Of a stretch of DNA of 64,000 bases, positions 29,895 to 39,035 are shown in pieces. This DNA comes from an uncultured Candidatus Saccharibacteria bacterium (lineage in GTDB: Bacteria; Patescibacteriota; Dojkabacteria; GCA-002793355), in contig CAZGEO010000001.1 of NCBI GenBank assembly GCA_964525295.1, positions 440,662 to 504,661 of the forward strand. Reading direction: 5' to 3'. The notes under the pieces were generated by a model. It did not search any database, was not told the DNA's origin, and worked only from the letters and a program-made list of their open reading frames with translations. The stretch's first letter is position 1. The number at the start of each line of letters is the position of its first letter. The translations under genes and the position numbers were made by a program.

Positions 29895-30275
29895 TGGGAA
29901 AGATTTTGGCAAGTGCCAAAGGCTTTCCCATTTTTATTATATAGGCGAGAACCACGATACGAAGTAGCGTGAGGTGAGAGTCCTATTCCGAGTTTACGAG
30001 GAATATGGAATATACTGTCCATTCAAAATCAGTGTGGAAAATTGTTTTGCACAGTGATTTTGGATGAGTTTATAATGTCGAGAACCTATGTTACAAGGTA
30101 ACAATAGGTGAGAGGACTAAAACGAAGTTTTACAAAGTATACTGCCCTACGTATTCATTGTTATAACGAAATGACAACAGTACTTTTGGATAAGCTTATA
30201 ATGTCGAGAACCTATGTTACGAAGTAACAATAGGTGAGAGACCTATTTCGAACAAAGTGAGAAATACAAAGTATA
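29895..30275 (+). repeat. Tandem direct repeat of about 125 bp (3 imperfect copies) immediately 3' of tRNA-Val. Each copy ends in tRNA-Val 3'-end-like TATACTG(C/T)CC.
   Basis: The copies lie at about 29903-30020, 30056-30147 and 30183-30272. Shared blocks are GATTTTGG, TATAATGTCGAGAACCTATGTTAC(A/G)AGGTAACAATAGGTGAGAG and GTATACTGCCC. There is an internal long hairpin (ACCUAUGUUAC-AAG-GUAACAAUAGGU). Confidence 0.7.
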
Positions 30276-30392
30276 CTGCCCTTCCCAAAATTGTGTAATA
30301 CTCAATGGCAATCAGAACAATTACAACAACTGACGATAATGGCAACGAAATATAAGCGATCGAAAACTATATCTCTAAAGAAGAGTAATTAT

Positions 30393-32201
30393 CTATTTCT
30401 TCTCCACCAGCTTCTTTTCTTTTAACTCGAAAACCTTATTGAAATACTTCTCGTGCCAGGTATGCTCACTAATGAAAATAACAGTCCTCTTTCCAATAAA
30501 CTTGATCAATTGGGGAAGAATTTGTTCTGCTGACTGGCTATCAATATACGTAAATGGCTGATCAAGCAAGAAAATATCTCGATTTCGATAAATAGCTCTC
30601 GCAATTGCCAGTCGTTGCCAATGACCAGAAGAAATTGAAATTCCTCCCTTAAAGAAATTACCTAAAACGGTATCTGTATCAGAAATGTTTGATTCTCGCA
30701 TCCACTCGTCAAGTCCTGTAATTTCCAATGCTTTTTTATACAACTCTTCGTCGAAAGATTTTCGCGGGTCACCCATAACAATATTCTCCCTCATAGTCAT
30801 GTAATATCGGGCGAAATCTTCGGGAACTACTGACATTTTACTCTTCACCTGCCCTCTCGCTAAACTTTTATGGGGAATTCCATCAAAAGTCACTTCTCCA
30901 CCCGTCAACTGATACAAACCTGCCATTATCGCCAAAAGGGAGCTTTTTCCAGAACCATCTTTTCCTAATATCATAACCCTATCACCTGGCTTGATAATCA
31001 TCGATGCATCTTCCAAAACAGATCTTCCTGCATCGGGATAAGAAAAAGAGACATTTTCAAAAGCAATGACGGGGGCACCCTCTTTAAGATGCTTTCCTTT
31101 CAATCGTTGATCAGCAAACCCTTTAGTATCGAAGAAATCGTATAGATATTCAATGAATGTCAATTCATCATACATTGACACAAGGTTATGTAACAAATCA
31201 TGAGAATTTGTATATAGTGCATCCATATATCCCATTCCTGCGGTAATTCGCCCTACTGCTACTCTATGATACAAACTTGTAACTAAAAAATATCCCTTAA
31301 ACGCAAGCATGATAATTGCATCTACAAACTTCGCACGAGCAATCTCTTTTTCCCCTTGAACAAGTACCCTCTTGTAGCCATTAGCTACAATTTCTGAAAT
31401 ATGTGTATAGTGATTTAAAAGGTATCTAAAAACTCCATTAATCTTTCTTTCTGGGAATGTTCTTGCATCTGTTAATGTTGAAAAGTAATAGCTTTTTTCA
31501 AGCAATAATGGTGATATATCATCAACAAAATTTCCATGGCGATGATAATGTCGTAGAAGCATGAAGATTTCGAATGCAGGAGCAATAATAACCAAGAATG
31601 CCAGCCAAGGTGACAGTGTCAGAACCGCGACAAATGAAATAATGATTGATACCAAAAATTCACCGATATTGGTGATACGAATATACAATGATTTTGCATT
31701 ATTTAACCAATAAGTTTCGATCTTCGTTAGCGCATTTCTTACCTGTTCTCTATCAACTTCTTGAGAATTTAACTTATGAAATCTTTCTGCAACATCTTCA
31801 CGATACCCTGCCGTCACGCTATTTCTCGTACGAATGTCTGATATCTCGACAAGAGAGATCAATCCACGAAGTAATCGATTAAAAATGAATAACAAACCTA
31901 GATAGAGAAAAGGTGTTGGGATTGAAATACCCGCAACATTTACAATTCCCAAAGAAGGATGTTGATAATAATCAACAATGCTATCTACTAAAAGACCTGT
32001 TACGTAAATTATTGCTGCACCCAATGGAGCTTTCAGTAATCCCGCGATAATACCTCTCCAGAAATTAATCGGATCAAAAGAGGAATAATAAATCAAATGT
32101 CTCTTCAATAAAGCAAGGTAATAGCGCACTTTGGATACCCCCGGGGGTATGCTTTTTATTGTAATTCCCGCATTTATACGGTTCTTCTTGTGGGCAGCCA
32201 T
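30393..32201 (-). CDS. ABC exporter with fused transmembrane and ATP-binding domains
   Basis: Walker A GKDGSGKSS, ABC signature ISSGHWQRLAIARAI, Walker B IFLLDQP. The extreme N-terminus of the predicted ORF contains the GC-rich palindrome, so the true start may be an internal non-ATG codon. Confidence 0.8.
   Translation of the reverse strand: MAAHKKNRINAGITIKSIPPGVSKVRYYLALLKRHLIYYSSFDPINFWRGIIAGLLKAPLGAAIIYVTGLLVDSIVDYYQHPSLGIVNVAGISIPTPFLYLGLLFIFNRLLRGLISLVEISDIRTRNSVTAGYREDVAERFHKLNSQEVDREQVRNALTKIETYWLNNAKSLYIRITNIGEFLVSIIISFVAVLTLSPWLAFLVIIAPAFEIFMLLRHYHRHGNFVDDISPLLLEKSYYFSTLTDARTFPERKINGVFRYLLNHYTHISEIVANGYKRVLVQGEKEIARAKFVDAIIMLAFKGYFLVTSLYHRVAVGRITAGMGYMDALYTNSHDLLHNLVSMYDELTFIEYLYDFFDTKGFADQRLKGKHLKEGAPVIAFENVSFSYPDAGRSVLEDASMIIKPGDRVMILGKDGSGKSSLLAIMAGLYQLTGGEVTFDGIPHKSLARGQVKSKMSVVPEDFARYYMTMRENIVMGDPRKSFDEELYKKALEITGLDEWMRESNISDTDTVLGNFFKGGISISSGHWQRLAIARAIYRNRDIFLLDQPFTYIDSQSAEQILPQLIKFIGKRTVIFISEHTWHEKYFNKVFELKEKKLVEKK
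32135..32150. repeat. GC-rich perfect palindrome ATACCCCCGGGGGTAT (copy 3)
   Basis: Identical 16-mer to copy 2. It lies between the gpx stop and the body of the ABC gene. Confidence 0.6.
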
Positions 32202-32211
32202 AAACTATTCA

Positions 32212-32700
32212 TTATAACATTGCCAGTGCATTCGCAATGGCATCGCGCACTTCTTGGGAACTAGGCTTCACATTACTACGAAAACGCGAGAGAAGTTCAC
32301 CGCGTGGCGAAATCAGGAATTTCTCAAAATTCCATAAAATTGCGCCAGAGTGTCTTTCCTGATTCGTTAACAAGTGAAATAACGGATTCTGCTCCTTACC
32401 TCGAACTTGTGAACGTTGAAATACTGGAAACGTTACTCCGTAATTTAATTGACAAAAAGTTGCAATCTCTTCATTTGAAGCAAACTCCTGTTTTAAAAAA
32501 TCATCAGAAGGAAAACCTAGCACCACGAGGCCTTTTTCAGATAATTCTTCATGTAGTTGCTGTAATTCAGCATATTGAGGTGCAAAACCACATTTTGAGG
32601 CAGTATTAACAACCAGAACAGCTTTACCTCGCAATTGCTCAAATGAATAATTCTTTCCATCGAGTAAAATTCCAGAGTAACCATAAAAGTCTTCTTGCAT
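32212..32700 (-). CDS. Glutathione peroxidase-family protein
   Basis: LVVNTASKCGF active-site Cys motif, then ...GFPSDDF...FPVF. Confidence 0.8.
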   Translation of the reverse strand: MQEDFYGYSGILLDGKNYSFEQLRGKAVLVVNTASKCGFAPQYAELQQLHEELSEKGLVVLGFPSDDFLKQEFASNEEIATFCQLNYGVTFPVFQRSQVRGKEQNPLFHLLTNQERHSGAILWNFEKFLISPRGELLSRFRSNVKPSSQEVRDAIANALAML

Positions 32701-32720
32701 GATCTATTGTATACTACTTC

Positions 32721-33224
32721 ATGCCACGACCAACAGATAAAGATACGCTTTTGCGCGAAAGTCAGATTCAATTCAAGAAATTACTTGATCTATACCAGAC
32801 TTTTAGTGATGTAGAACAGAAAAAAGCAGGCGCTTGTGATAAATGGTCGCCAAAAGATATTCTTGCCCACCTACATGAATGGCATCGTTTAGTGCTTGCC
32901 TGGGAAAAAGTAGGAAGTACGGGTGAAAAACCTGAAATTCCTGGACCAGGTTATACTTGGCAAACACTCCCCGCTTTTAATGACTTGATTTTCCAACACT
33001 ATAAAGATCATTCTTCTGATGAAATTTTTGCATTAATCAATCAAAGCTACAAAGATATTCAAGAGCTTATAAAAAGCCGAACAAACGAGGAGTTATTCAC
33101 CAAAAAATATTATAAATGGACCGGCACAACTTCACTAGGTGCTTATTTGGTATCTTGCACCTCAAGTCATTATCAGTGGGCAATTGGGTTGTTGAAGAAA
33201 TTTAAGAAGGAACAGTTCTCTTAA
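32721..33224 (+). CDS. ClbS/DfsB (DUF1706) family four-helix-bundle protein
   Basis: KDILAHLHEWHRLVLAWE plus a C-terminal SSHYQWAI segment, in a ~170 aa protein, matches the ClbS/DfsB family. Confidence 0.55.
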   Translation: MPRPTDKDTLLRESQIQFKKLLDLYQTFSDVEQKKAGACDKWSPKDILAHLHEWHRLVLAWEKVGSTGEKPEIPGPGYTWQTLPAFNDLIFQHYKDHSSDEIFALINQSYKDIQELIKSRTNEELFTKKYYKWTGTTSLGAYLVSCTSSHYQWAIGLLKKFKKEQFS

Positions 33225-33782
33225 TTACTCAACCGAACCAACTAGGAATTCTTTTAAAGTGTGGTCTCTACTTAACAGTTCTTTACCTAGCGGTTCAGGT
33301 ATCATAACAATATCCAAATGAGGAGGTTCCGGACAATTTTCTCTTTCTCGTCTGTACAATGCACGATACCTTCCAAAAAATGATGCCAATTTTTCGACAT
33401 CTAATAAACTATCACAAATAGTTATAAATCTTCTTCCAAGCGGAGAGGTCGCTACCATTTTCTCGATATCCGAGTCATTCTTCAGGGCTCGTGTTTTAAT
33501 CTCGTCACTATCAGGGGGAAATTCAGAAAATACACAGGCAAAGAGTCCATTACAATTAGGAGACTCCGATATTTCTCTACTTATAAAGTTGAGACCACCA
33601 AGAACAGATTTCCCAACAGCTTCTTGCCAAGCTTCTTTAGTATCTGGCACTAACAACAGAGCGCAGGGTTGGTGTTCAGTTTGGAATCTTTTGGCAAAGC
33701 TCTCAAGTGTTTCAACACTTAATATACCAACCTTGTTGCCATGAGTGGATAAATTCTCGCGATCGATTGACATATTTAACAA
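33225..33782 (-). CDS. Hypothetical protein
   Basis: 185-aa ORF with no recognisable motifs. Confidence 0.4.
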   Translation of the reverse strand: MLNMSIDRENLSTHGNKVGILSVETLESFAKRFQTEHQPCALLLVPDTKEAWQEAVGKSVLGGLNFISREISESPNCNGLFACVFSEFPPDSDEIKTRALKNDSDIEKMVATSPLGRRFITICDSLLDVEKLASFFGRYRALYRRERENCPEPPHLDIVMIPEPLGKELLSRDHTLKEFLVGSVE

Positions 33783-33790
33783 AAAATAAC

Positions 33791-35260
33791 TTAATTACTT
33801 GTATACGTGGCTAGTCTCTTGATTTTTCCGCCAGAAAGATCAATTATCATGATATTGGGGTATGATCCAGTTGTAATTGAATGCCGTGATTGGAAAGCCC
33901 TCAACTGATCAGTTTTCATAAACATGCACATCACATTAGAGATTTTGGGTGAGCTATCATTTGCAATAATGAAATCTAAATCAATCGAATCAGGTGCAGA
34001 AAGCCAACCAATTTCATTATTAGGTCTTGGATATCGAGAGTGTTGATCGTCCGATATAATTGCCTCCAATGATGGAATTTCAATTTCTCTCGCATTTCCA
34101 CGTGCAAATTTTTTTAAGGCGCGACTTAATAAAGGTCGCAAAAGTTCTTTTGCATGAGGCACCTGATCTTCGTTATCAACGCCGACCAGTACGGTAGCTG
34201 AAGGAATCTGAAAGCTTACTTCATCGAAAAGCCACACTATTTGCCTTCTAATCGCCCATAACTCATTTAATGCTGGATCACCAATAAAGATCACTCTGTT
34301 TGATCTTAATTTCGGTGAATTGGAATTTACGAAATAATACCAATCCCAGAAATTTTGCGAATTTACAGGTACCAGGTTAACATGATTATCTGTACCTGAA
34401 GATTGAGTATCAAGTGCATTTATCGATGGATCAAAATGTAGTTCAGCATTGTCATAATAAATTTTCAACCAATACGCAACGGTTGCTTGTATAGTTTCAA
34501 ATGAATTTGAGCCATCACTCACACCGTCAATAGCTGGTATGAACATTGCTCTCATATTTTTTTCGTTCAATTTTTGGACATTCTCTCTTACTTGCTGAAC
34601 TAAACCTAACGGTCCAGATGCAGGATGATAGTTAAAATAGATTAAATCATCCCTATGAATACCGCTTGAATATACAATTTCAGGGGCAACCAGAATAATT
34701 TCAATCTCGGAAATATCCGTCAACCGCTTTCTACAATGATTTCCCAAAAGTGACTTAAATATGTCTTCGCCACCTCCAAACCTACGCTCATTATAATCGT
34801 ATTCGGCTTTCACTATGGTAATACATGGAACTCCAGGCTCTCTTGGAGTACCGAAACCTTCTCGAATTTGAATTTTATCAAGGGCCATTGGTTTAGTCGT
34901 ATTACGATTCAATATTGCGAACAATCCATTCTCTCCAAGCAAATTTTTATGCAGAACTTGCTCCTGCAATTCTGGAGGAACTACGAGAAAAAATCCTGAA
35001 GGCTTACTTCTATTAATTTCATTAGCAACCCGACAAATGATATCTTTATGAAAGATTGGTATATTCGGATTATCTTCAACATAATAGTTAGGTTCTGATT
35101 TTCTTGTCACAATAGCTAACAAATAACTTATAGTGTTGATATAATACTCACATGTCACAACTACATGTGGACAGCAACTTGGACAATTTTGGACATGAAA
35201 GAATGAAGTCTCATCTAGTATCTCAGGCACGTGAAATACTTCAATCTCTGCAAAAAACAT
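33791..35260 (-). CDS. Hypothetical protein with an N-terminal Cys cluster
   Basis: 489 aa with CPSCCPH near the N-terminus. The start is uncertain because the 5' end overlaps the divergent gene at 35152 by about 110 bp. Confidence 0.4.
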   Translation of the reverse strand: MFFAEIEVFHVPEILDETSFFHVQNCPSCCPHVVVTCEYYINTISYLLAIVTRKSEPNYYVEDNPNIPIFHKDIICRVANEINRSKPSGFFLVVPPELQEQVLHKNLLGENGLFAILNRNTTKPMALDKIQIREGFGTPREPGVPCITIVKAEYDYNERRFGGGEDIFKSLLGNHCRKRLTDISEIEIILVAPEIVYSSGIHRDDLIYFNYHPASGPLGLVQQVRENVQKLNEKNMRAMFIPAIDGVSDGSNSFETIQATVAYWLKIYYDNAELHFDPSINALDTQSSGTDNHVNLVPVNSQNFWDWYYFVNSNSPKLRSNRVIFIGDPALNELWAIRRQIVWLFDEVSFQIPSATVLVGVDNEDQVPHAKELLRPLLSRALKKFARGNAREIEIPSLEAIISDDQHSRYPRPNNEIGWLSAPDSIDLDFIIANDSSPKISNVMCMFMKTDQLRAFQSRHSITTGSYPNIMIIDLSGGKIKRLATYTSN

Positions 35261-36135
35261 CTACTATTGCACTTGTACGCTTACCACAGGGTGGCGGTAG
35301 ACGTATTTGTCAATTTCTTGCCGAATATCTTCAAAAGATTGGAATGAATGTAATTTACAACCGAATTCCAGAGAAGCATTCTATCATTTCGAAAAACACA
35401 ATTTTGATTTGCGAAAACTTTAGTGATTTAACTAAGCAAGACAAAACGGCAATTAATGATTTCTACTTTGAAAATAAACACGAAATTAAGAGTATCTTTA
35501 AGTTCCCTTCGATAGTTCTTGATAATCCAACTTCTGAGGAAATCGAACAAACATCTATGCTTCAGAACATTTTTGCAATAAAGCCATATTCAAGAGAAAT
35601 TGCGAATAAGTATTTCGAAGATCTGGCAGCACAATATGGTGTTGCACTAACCGAAAATCAAAAGAACCAAATCTTTTATCTTTCAGGTGGTCATCGTGGG
35701 CTAATCAAATGGCTTACGCTCTCCAATTCGACACGATTGACAGATGAGACAGCGCTACTCAAAGACACTAGATTGAAATTGATCTTAGAACAAATTGAAC
35801 AAGCGACTGAACCTTTATCGCATCAGGCGAAAATGTTACTAGGTCTTCAGAATGATTCAGGTGAGTATCTTATTCCACTCTATGCAAAATTCAGAAAACA
35901 GAACACTTTCGGTCTTCAAAACAATCTTTCTGCTACCTCTCTTCTTACTCTATTTGAAAAAAATATTGATAGCTTAGTCTCCATGCAAGAAATCTACCAA
36001 GTGCTATTCAATAATTCCCCATTTTCATATTGGAAAGCCTATAAAGTTATTTCCAGGTTGAAATCTCGCTTACCTGCAAATTACCAACTTATTAACGTAA
36101 AAGGCAAAGGTTATGTCATGCGCAAACAAACCTAA
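35152..36135 (+). CDS. Putative transcriptional regulator with an N-terminal degenerate P-loop-like domain and a C-terminal OmpR/PhoB-type winged helix
   Basis: C-terminal ...AYKVISRLKSRLPANYQLINVKGKGYVMRK resembles the trans_reg_C wHTH. The N-terminal LVRLPQGGGRR resembles a Walker A without Lys. The start is uncertain. Confidence 0.4.
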   Translation: MSQLHVDSNLDNFGHERMKSHLVSQAREILQSLQKTSTIALVRLPQGGGRRICQFLAEYLQKIGMNVIYNRIPEKHSIISKNTILICENFSDLTKQDKTAINDFYFENKHEIKSIFKFPSIVLDNPTSEEIEQTSMLQNIFAIKPYSREIANKYFEDLAAQYGVALTENQKNQIFYLSGGHRGLIKWLTLSNSTRLTDETALLKDTRLKLILEQIEQATEPLSHQAKMLLGLQNDSGEYLIPLYAKFRKQNTFGLQNNLSATSLLTLFEKNIDSLVSMQEIYQVLFNNSPFSYWKAYKVISRLKSRLPANYQLINVKGKGYVMRKQT

Positions 36136-36949
36136 TACCAAACACTTCTCACCAAACTCAAAAGGGATGATGAGACCTGAGCAGGTCCCTCTAGAATTAA
36201 AATTTGAACCTACTCCACGCATCTTGTGGACTATTGAACGAACCTTGCTTCAAGCTGTCGTAGGAACATGGTCAATATTCATTGAAAAACATGCGCCGAA
36301 TGAAATCAATCAGCTACATGACCTTCTAGATAGGTTAGATCATTCAGTAATTGACAATCCACGACTAAAAGAAGAGGTAATTGAAAACCTACAAAGATGG
36401 CGAAACCAACATAATAGTGAACTACCTAGCCATGTCATATTACTCGGAAAAAGCGGTGTAGGGAAAACCCATTTATACAAACAACTCGCACCAGAACCAT
36501 TTCCCGATGAAAATGAACAACTTCTGTCAGCTCCGTATGTTATTTCCCATTACGCTCGCCAAGGAAAGAGTTTCAGTGAGTTACAGACAGAAGATACTGC
36601 CATAGCGTATATTAGGACACAGCTATTTCGTCAAATGTATAAAATCTTGCACGATCTACAAGTAGAAAATTCGCTTTCGACAACAATTTTTTGGGGAATT
36701 CTTCCCCATATAGTCTCAAGAATGGGTTGGGCGGAAATTCCGGAAAATTGGCAGAAAATCATGGGTCTAACACCAATCAAACCAATTTTCATAGAGTTAA
36801 TATCTTCGAATTCTACACTTCTCAAACGCAACGAGAGTGAACAATCTCCTAGAAAAAAAGCAGCACGACTAGAAGCTGAAAGTCGGGCATTATTAATAAA
36901 TAATGCCCTGCATTCACAGAAAATCTCAATTTTACAAATTGCCGTTTAA
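36113..36949 (+). CDS. P-loop NTPase of unknown function
   Basis: Walker A LLGKSGVGKTHL. It overlaps the upstream gene by 23 bp, which suggests translational coupling. Confidence 0.45.
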   Translation: MSCANKPNTKHFSPNSKGMMRPEQVPLELKFEPTPRILWTIERTLLQAVVGTWSIFIEKHAPNEINQLHDLLDRLDHSVIDNPRLKEEVIENLQRWRNQHNSELPSHVILLGKSGVGKTHLYKQLAPEPFPDENEQLLSAPYVISHYARQGKSFSELQTEDTAIAYIRTQLFRQMYKILHDLQVENSLSTTIFWGILPHIVSRMGWAEIPENWQKIMGLTPIKPIFIELISSNSTLLKRNESEQSPRKKAARLEAESRALLINNALHSQKISILQIAV

Positions 36950-37153
36950 TTAGAATCGTTTGATTCGCTGACAATAAATTCAGATGGTCAGGAATTCGGT
37001 TACGCACCAATTTCAAAGTTCATTCTTCGTAACTGCCATTGCAGACTACTTTCCATATGCTTCTCCATTTGTGTCCATTTTGATTTTTCGGTTCCTGACC
37101 GTAACAAAGAACAGCCGGGCTGAGCTTTGTAGGGAAGGAGAGAAAAAGCAAAA

Positions 37154-37227
37154 TGGACCTAAGGGGATTCGAACCCCTGACCCTTCGCATGCCATGCGAA
37201 TGCTCTAGCCAACTGAGCTATAGGCCC
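37154..37227 (-). tRNA. tRNA-Ala (anticodon GGC)
   Basis: The acceptor stem GGGCCTA pairs with TAGGTCC and carries a G3:U70 pair. The anticodon loop is ATGGCAT. The T-arm is AGGGG-TTCGAAT-CCCCT. Confidence 0.85.
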
Positions 37228-37475
37228 ACAATGAGGAATTATATCATTACTTAATAAATCCAGGAAATATCAACAACTAAACGACTAGCATTATTCTTCA
37301 CTAGGATTATGCAAAAGTGGAAAAAAAGAATATCCCAATTCTCCGACTAAATCCTTATAGAAATGAATACTCCTTGATGGCATACGCTCATCTTCATCCC
37401 TAAAGTTACGCTCAATCGCAAAGACTGTTTTCTGCAGCTGCTCTGAAATTTTCCCTTCTGCAGCCATAACTTTTC

Positions 37476-37886
37476 TTATGTTACCTTACTAAATCGCCTT
37501 CCTTTACCGTATCCTACTGCCTTAATTTTCTTCGCAACTAATAAAGACTCAACATAACGGCGCACAGAACGATACGGCACGTGTGAAATCTCCTGTAATT
37601 CAATTTGCGTGTAACCACGGCCTGGTTTCATTAAACGCCACAAAAACAGTGATTTATTTTGCTTTTTCTCTACTAACAACGTATGACGTTTTATTTTTTT
37701 TACGACTCGCTTTTTCGGAACTCCCAATTTTTTAAATTTTTTCACTAACTCGTTATCAAGCATATTGCCTGCACCTGCTCCAACAATTCCGGGAAAACCT
37801 AAGCGTTTCACGAGTGCTAATGAGACAACCACACCGACGATACCAAGGCCGATACCCGCGAGCTTAAACCACTGTTTTCTATTCAT
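37476..37886 (-). CDS. Small basic protein with an N-terminal transmembrane helix and a possible winged-helix domain
   Basis: Lys/Arg-rich, with GYGKGRRF near the C-terminus. Confidence 0.3.
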   Translation of the reverse strand: MNRKQWFKLAGIGLGIVGVVVSLALVKRLGFPGIVGAGAGNMLDNELVKKFKKLGVPKKRVVKKIKRHTLLVEKKQNKSLFLWRLMKPGRGYTQIELQEISHVPYRSVRRYVESLLVAKKIKAVGYGKGRRFSKVT

Positions 37887-38889
37887 GTATGTATAATCCC
37901 ATTTTAGCAGTAATTTCTAGTACTTTTGGATGTGAAATTTTAAATGCGCGATCAGCAGCATTTTTCAAAATTCCATCAAGTTCCGCCTTATCATTAAGAT
38001 ATGAAGAAATCTTTGCTTGTATTGGTTGCATAAATTCGATCACTGCTTCTGCAACTGCATTCTTGAAAACTCCATACCCTTTCGATTCATATTCCTGGGC
38101 CAAATCGGTAACCGCACGACCTGTTGCAGCACTCATAATCGAGAGTAAATTCGAAATACCAGGTTTATTCGCATAATCGAAAGCAACTACATTCTCGCTA
38201 TCTGTTACCGCACGAGAGAATTTTTTGCGAATCTGCTCAGGAGTATCGGTTAATGCAATTCTGCCAGCATCGTCTTTGTCTGATTTACTCATTTTTTTCG
38301 TTGGTTCTTGCAAATCGTAGATTTTTGTTGTCTCTTGAGTCGTTCTAAACTCAGGAATTTTGAAGGTTTCACCGTAGAAAGAATTGAAGCGATTAGCAAC
38401 ATCGCACGTTAACTCTACATGTTGCTTTTGGTCAGCGCCAACTGGGACCAAGTCAGTATCATACAAAAGTATATCTGCAGCCATTAACGTAGGATATGCA
38501 TAAAGTCCTGTTGAGACAGCCTCTTTATATCCTTCGAGTTTTACTTTCTTCTCTTTAAATTGTGTCATTTTGTCTAACCACGACATCGGTGTTAAACAAG
38601 TAAACAACCATCCAACATATGTATGGTCAGGGTTCATCGACTGCGGAAAAATCATGTGCTTTTTATAGTCTGCACCCGAAGCTAACATAACGGCAGCAAG
38701 TTCATAGATGCGTTGCTTGAGTAAGACAGGATCTTGTTTAACGGTTATTGCATGTAAATCGACAATCGAAAGTAATGCTTCAGCATCATTTATCGAATTA
38801 ACAAGTGTATTCCATTGCAAAATACTGGCGAAATAATTACCTATGTGAAGAGTGCCCGTAGGCTGCAAACCAGTAAATATGCGTGTCAT
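37879..38889 (-). CDS. trpS: Tryptophanyl-tRNA synthetase
   Basis: TGLQPTGTLHIGNY (HIGH motif) and KMSKS. Confidence 0.95.
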   Translation of the reverse strand: MTRIFTGLQPTGTLHIGNYFASILQWNTLVNSINDAEALLSIVDLHAITVKQDPVLLKQRIYELAAVMLASGADYKKHMIFPQSMNPDHTYVGWLFTCLTPMSWLDKMTQFKEKKVKLEGYKEAVSTGLYAYPTLMAADILLYDTDLVPVGADQKQHVELTCDVANRFNSFYGETFKIPEFRTTQETTKIYDLQEPTKKMSKSDKDDAGRIALTDTPEQIRKKFSRAVTDSENVVAFDYANKPGISNLLSIMSAATGRAVTDLAQEYESKGYGVFKNAVAEAVIEFMQPIQAKISSYLNDKAELDGILKNAADRAFKISHPKVLEITAKMGLYIHE

Positions 38890-39035
38890 AACTAATTATA
38901 ATTGATTAGGAACTGAATTGCTACCAAAACCAATTCAAATTTTTAATCATCAATCTTCAATTACTAATGCTAAACAATGCGTTAAACAATAAAGTTGTAA
39001 TTCATTAACAAACTAAAAATAAAAATTAATGATTA

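Noticed and set aside
29770-30022. ORFs 29770..29967 (+) and 29828..30022 (-).
   Set aside because: They overlap the tRNA-Val gene and the tandem repeat region. They are short, compositionally odd, and best explained as spurious.
29895-30275. Tandem repeats near tRNA-Val as a possible CRISPR array.
   Set aside because: The repeats are about 90-120 bp, imperfect, and without interspersed unique spacers of regular length. No cas genes are nearby.
35152-35260. A 109-bp overlap of the divergent starts of ORFs 33791..35260 (-) and 35152..36135 (+).
   Set aside because: Divergent 5' overlaps of this size are implausible. One or both start codons are probably downstream of the track call, but the sequence alone cannot decide which.
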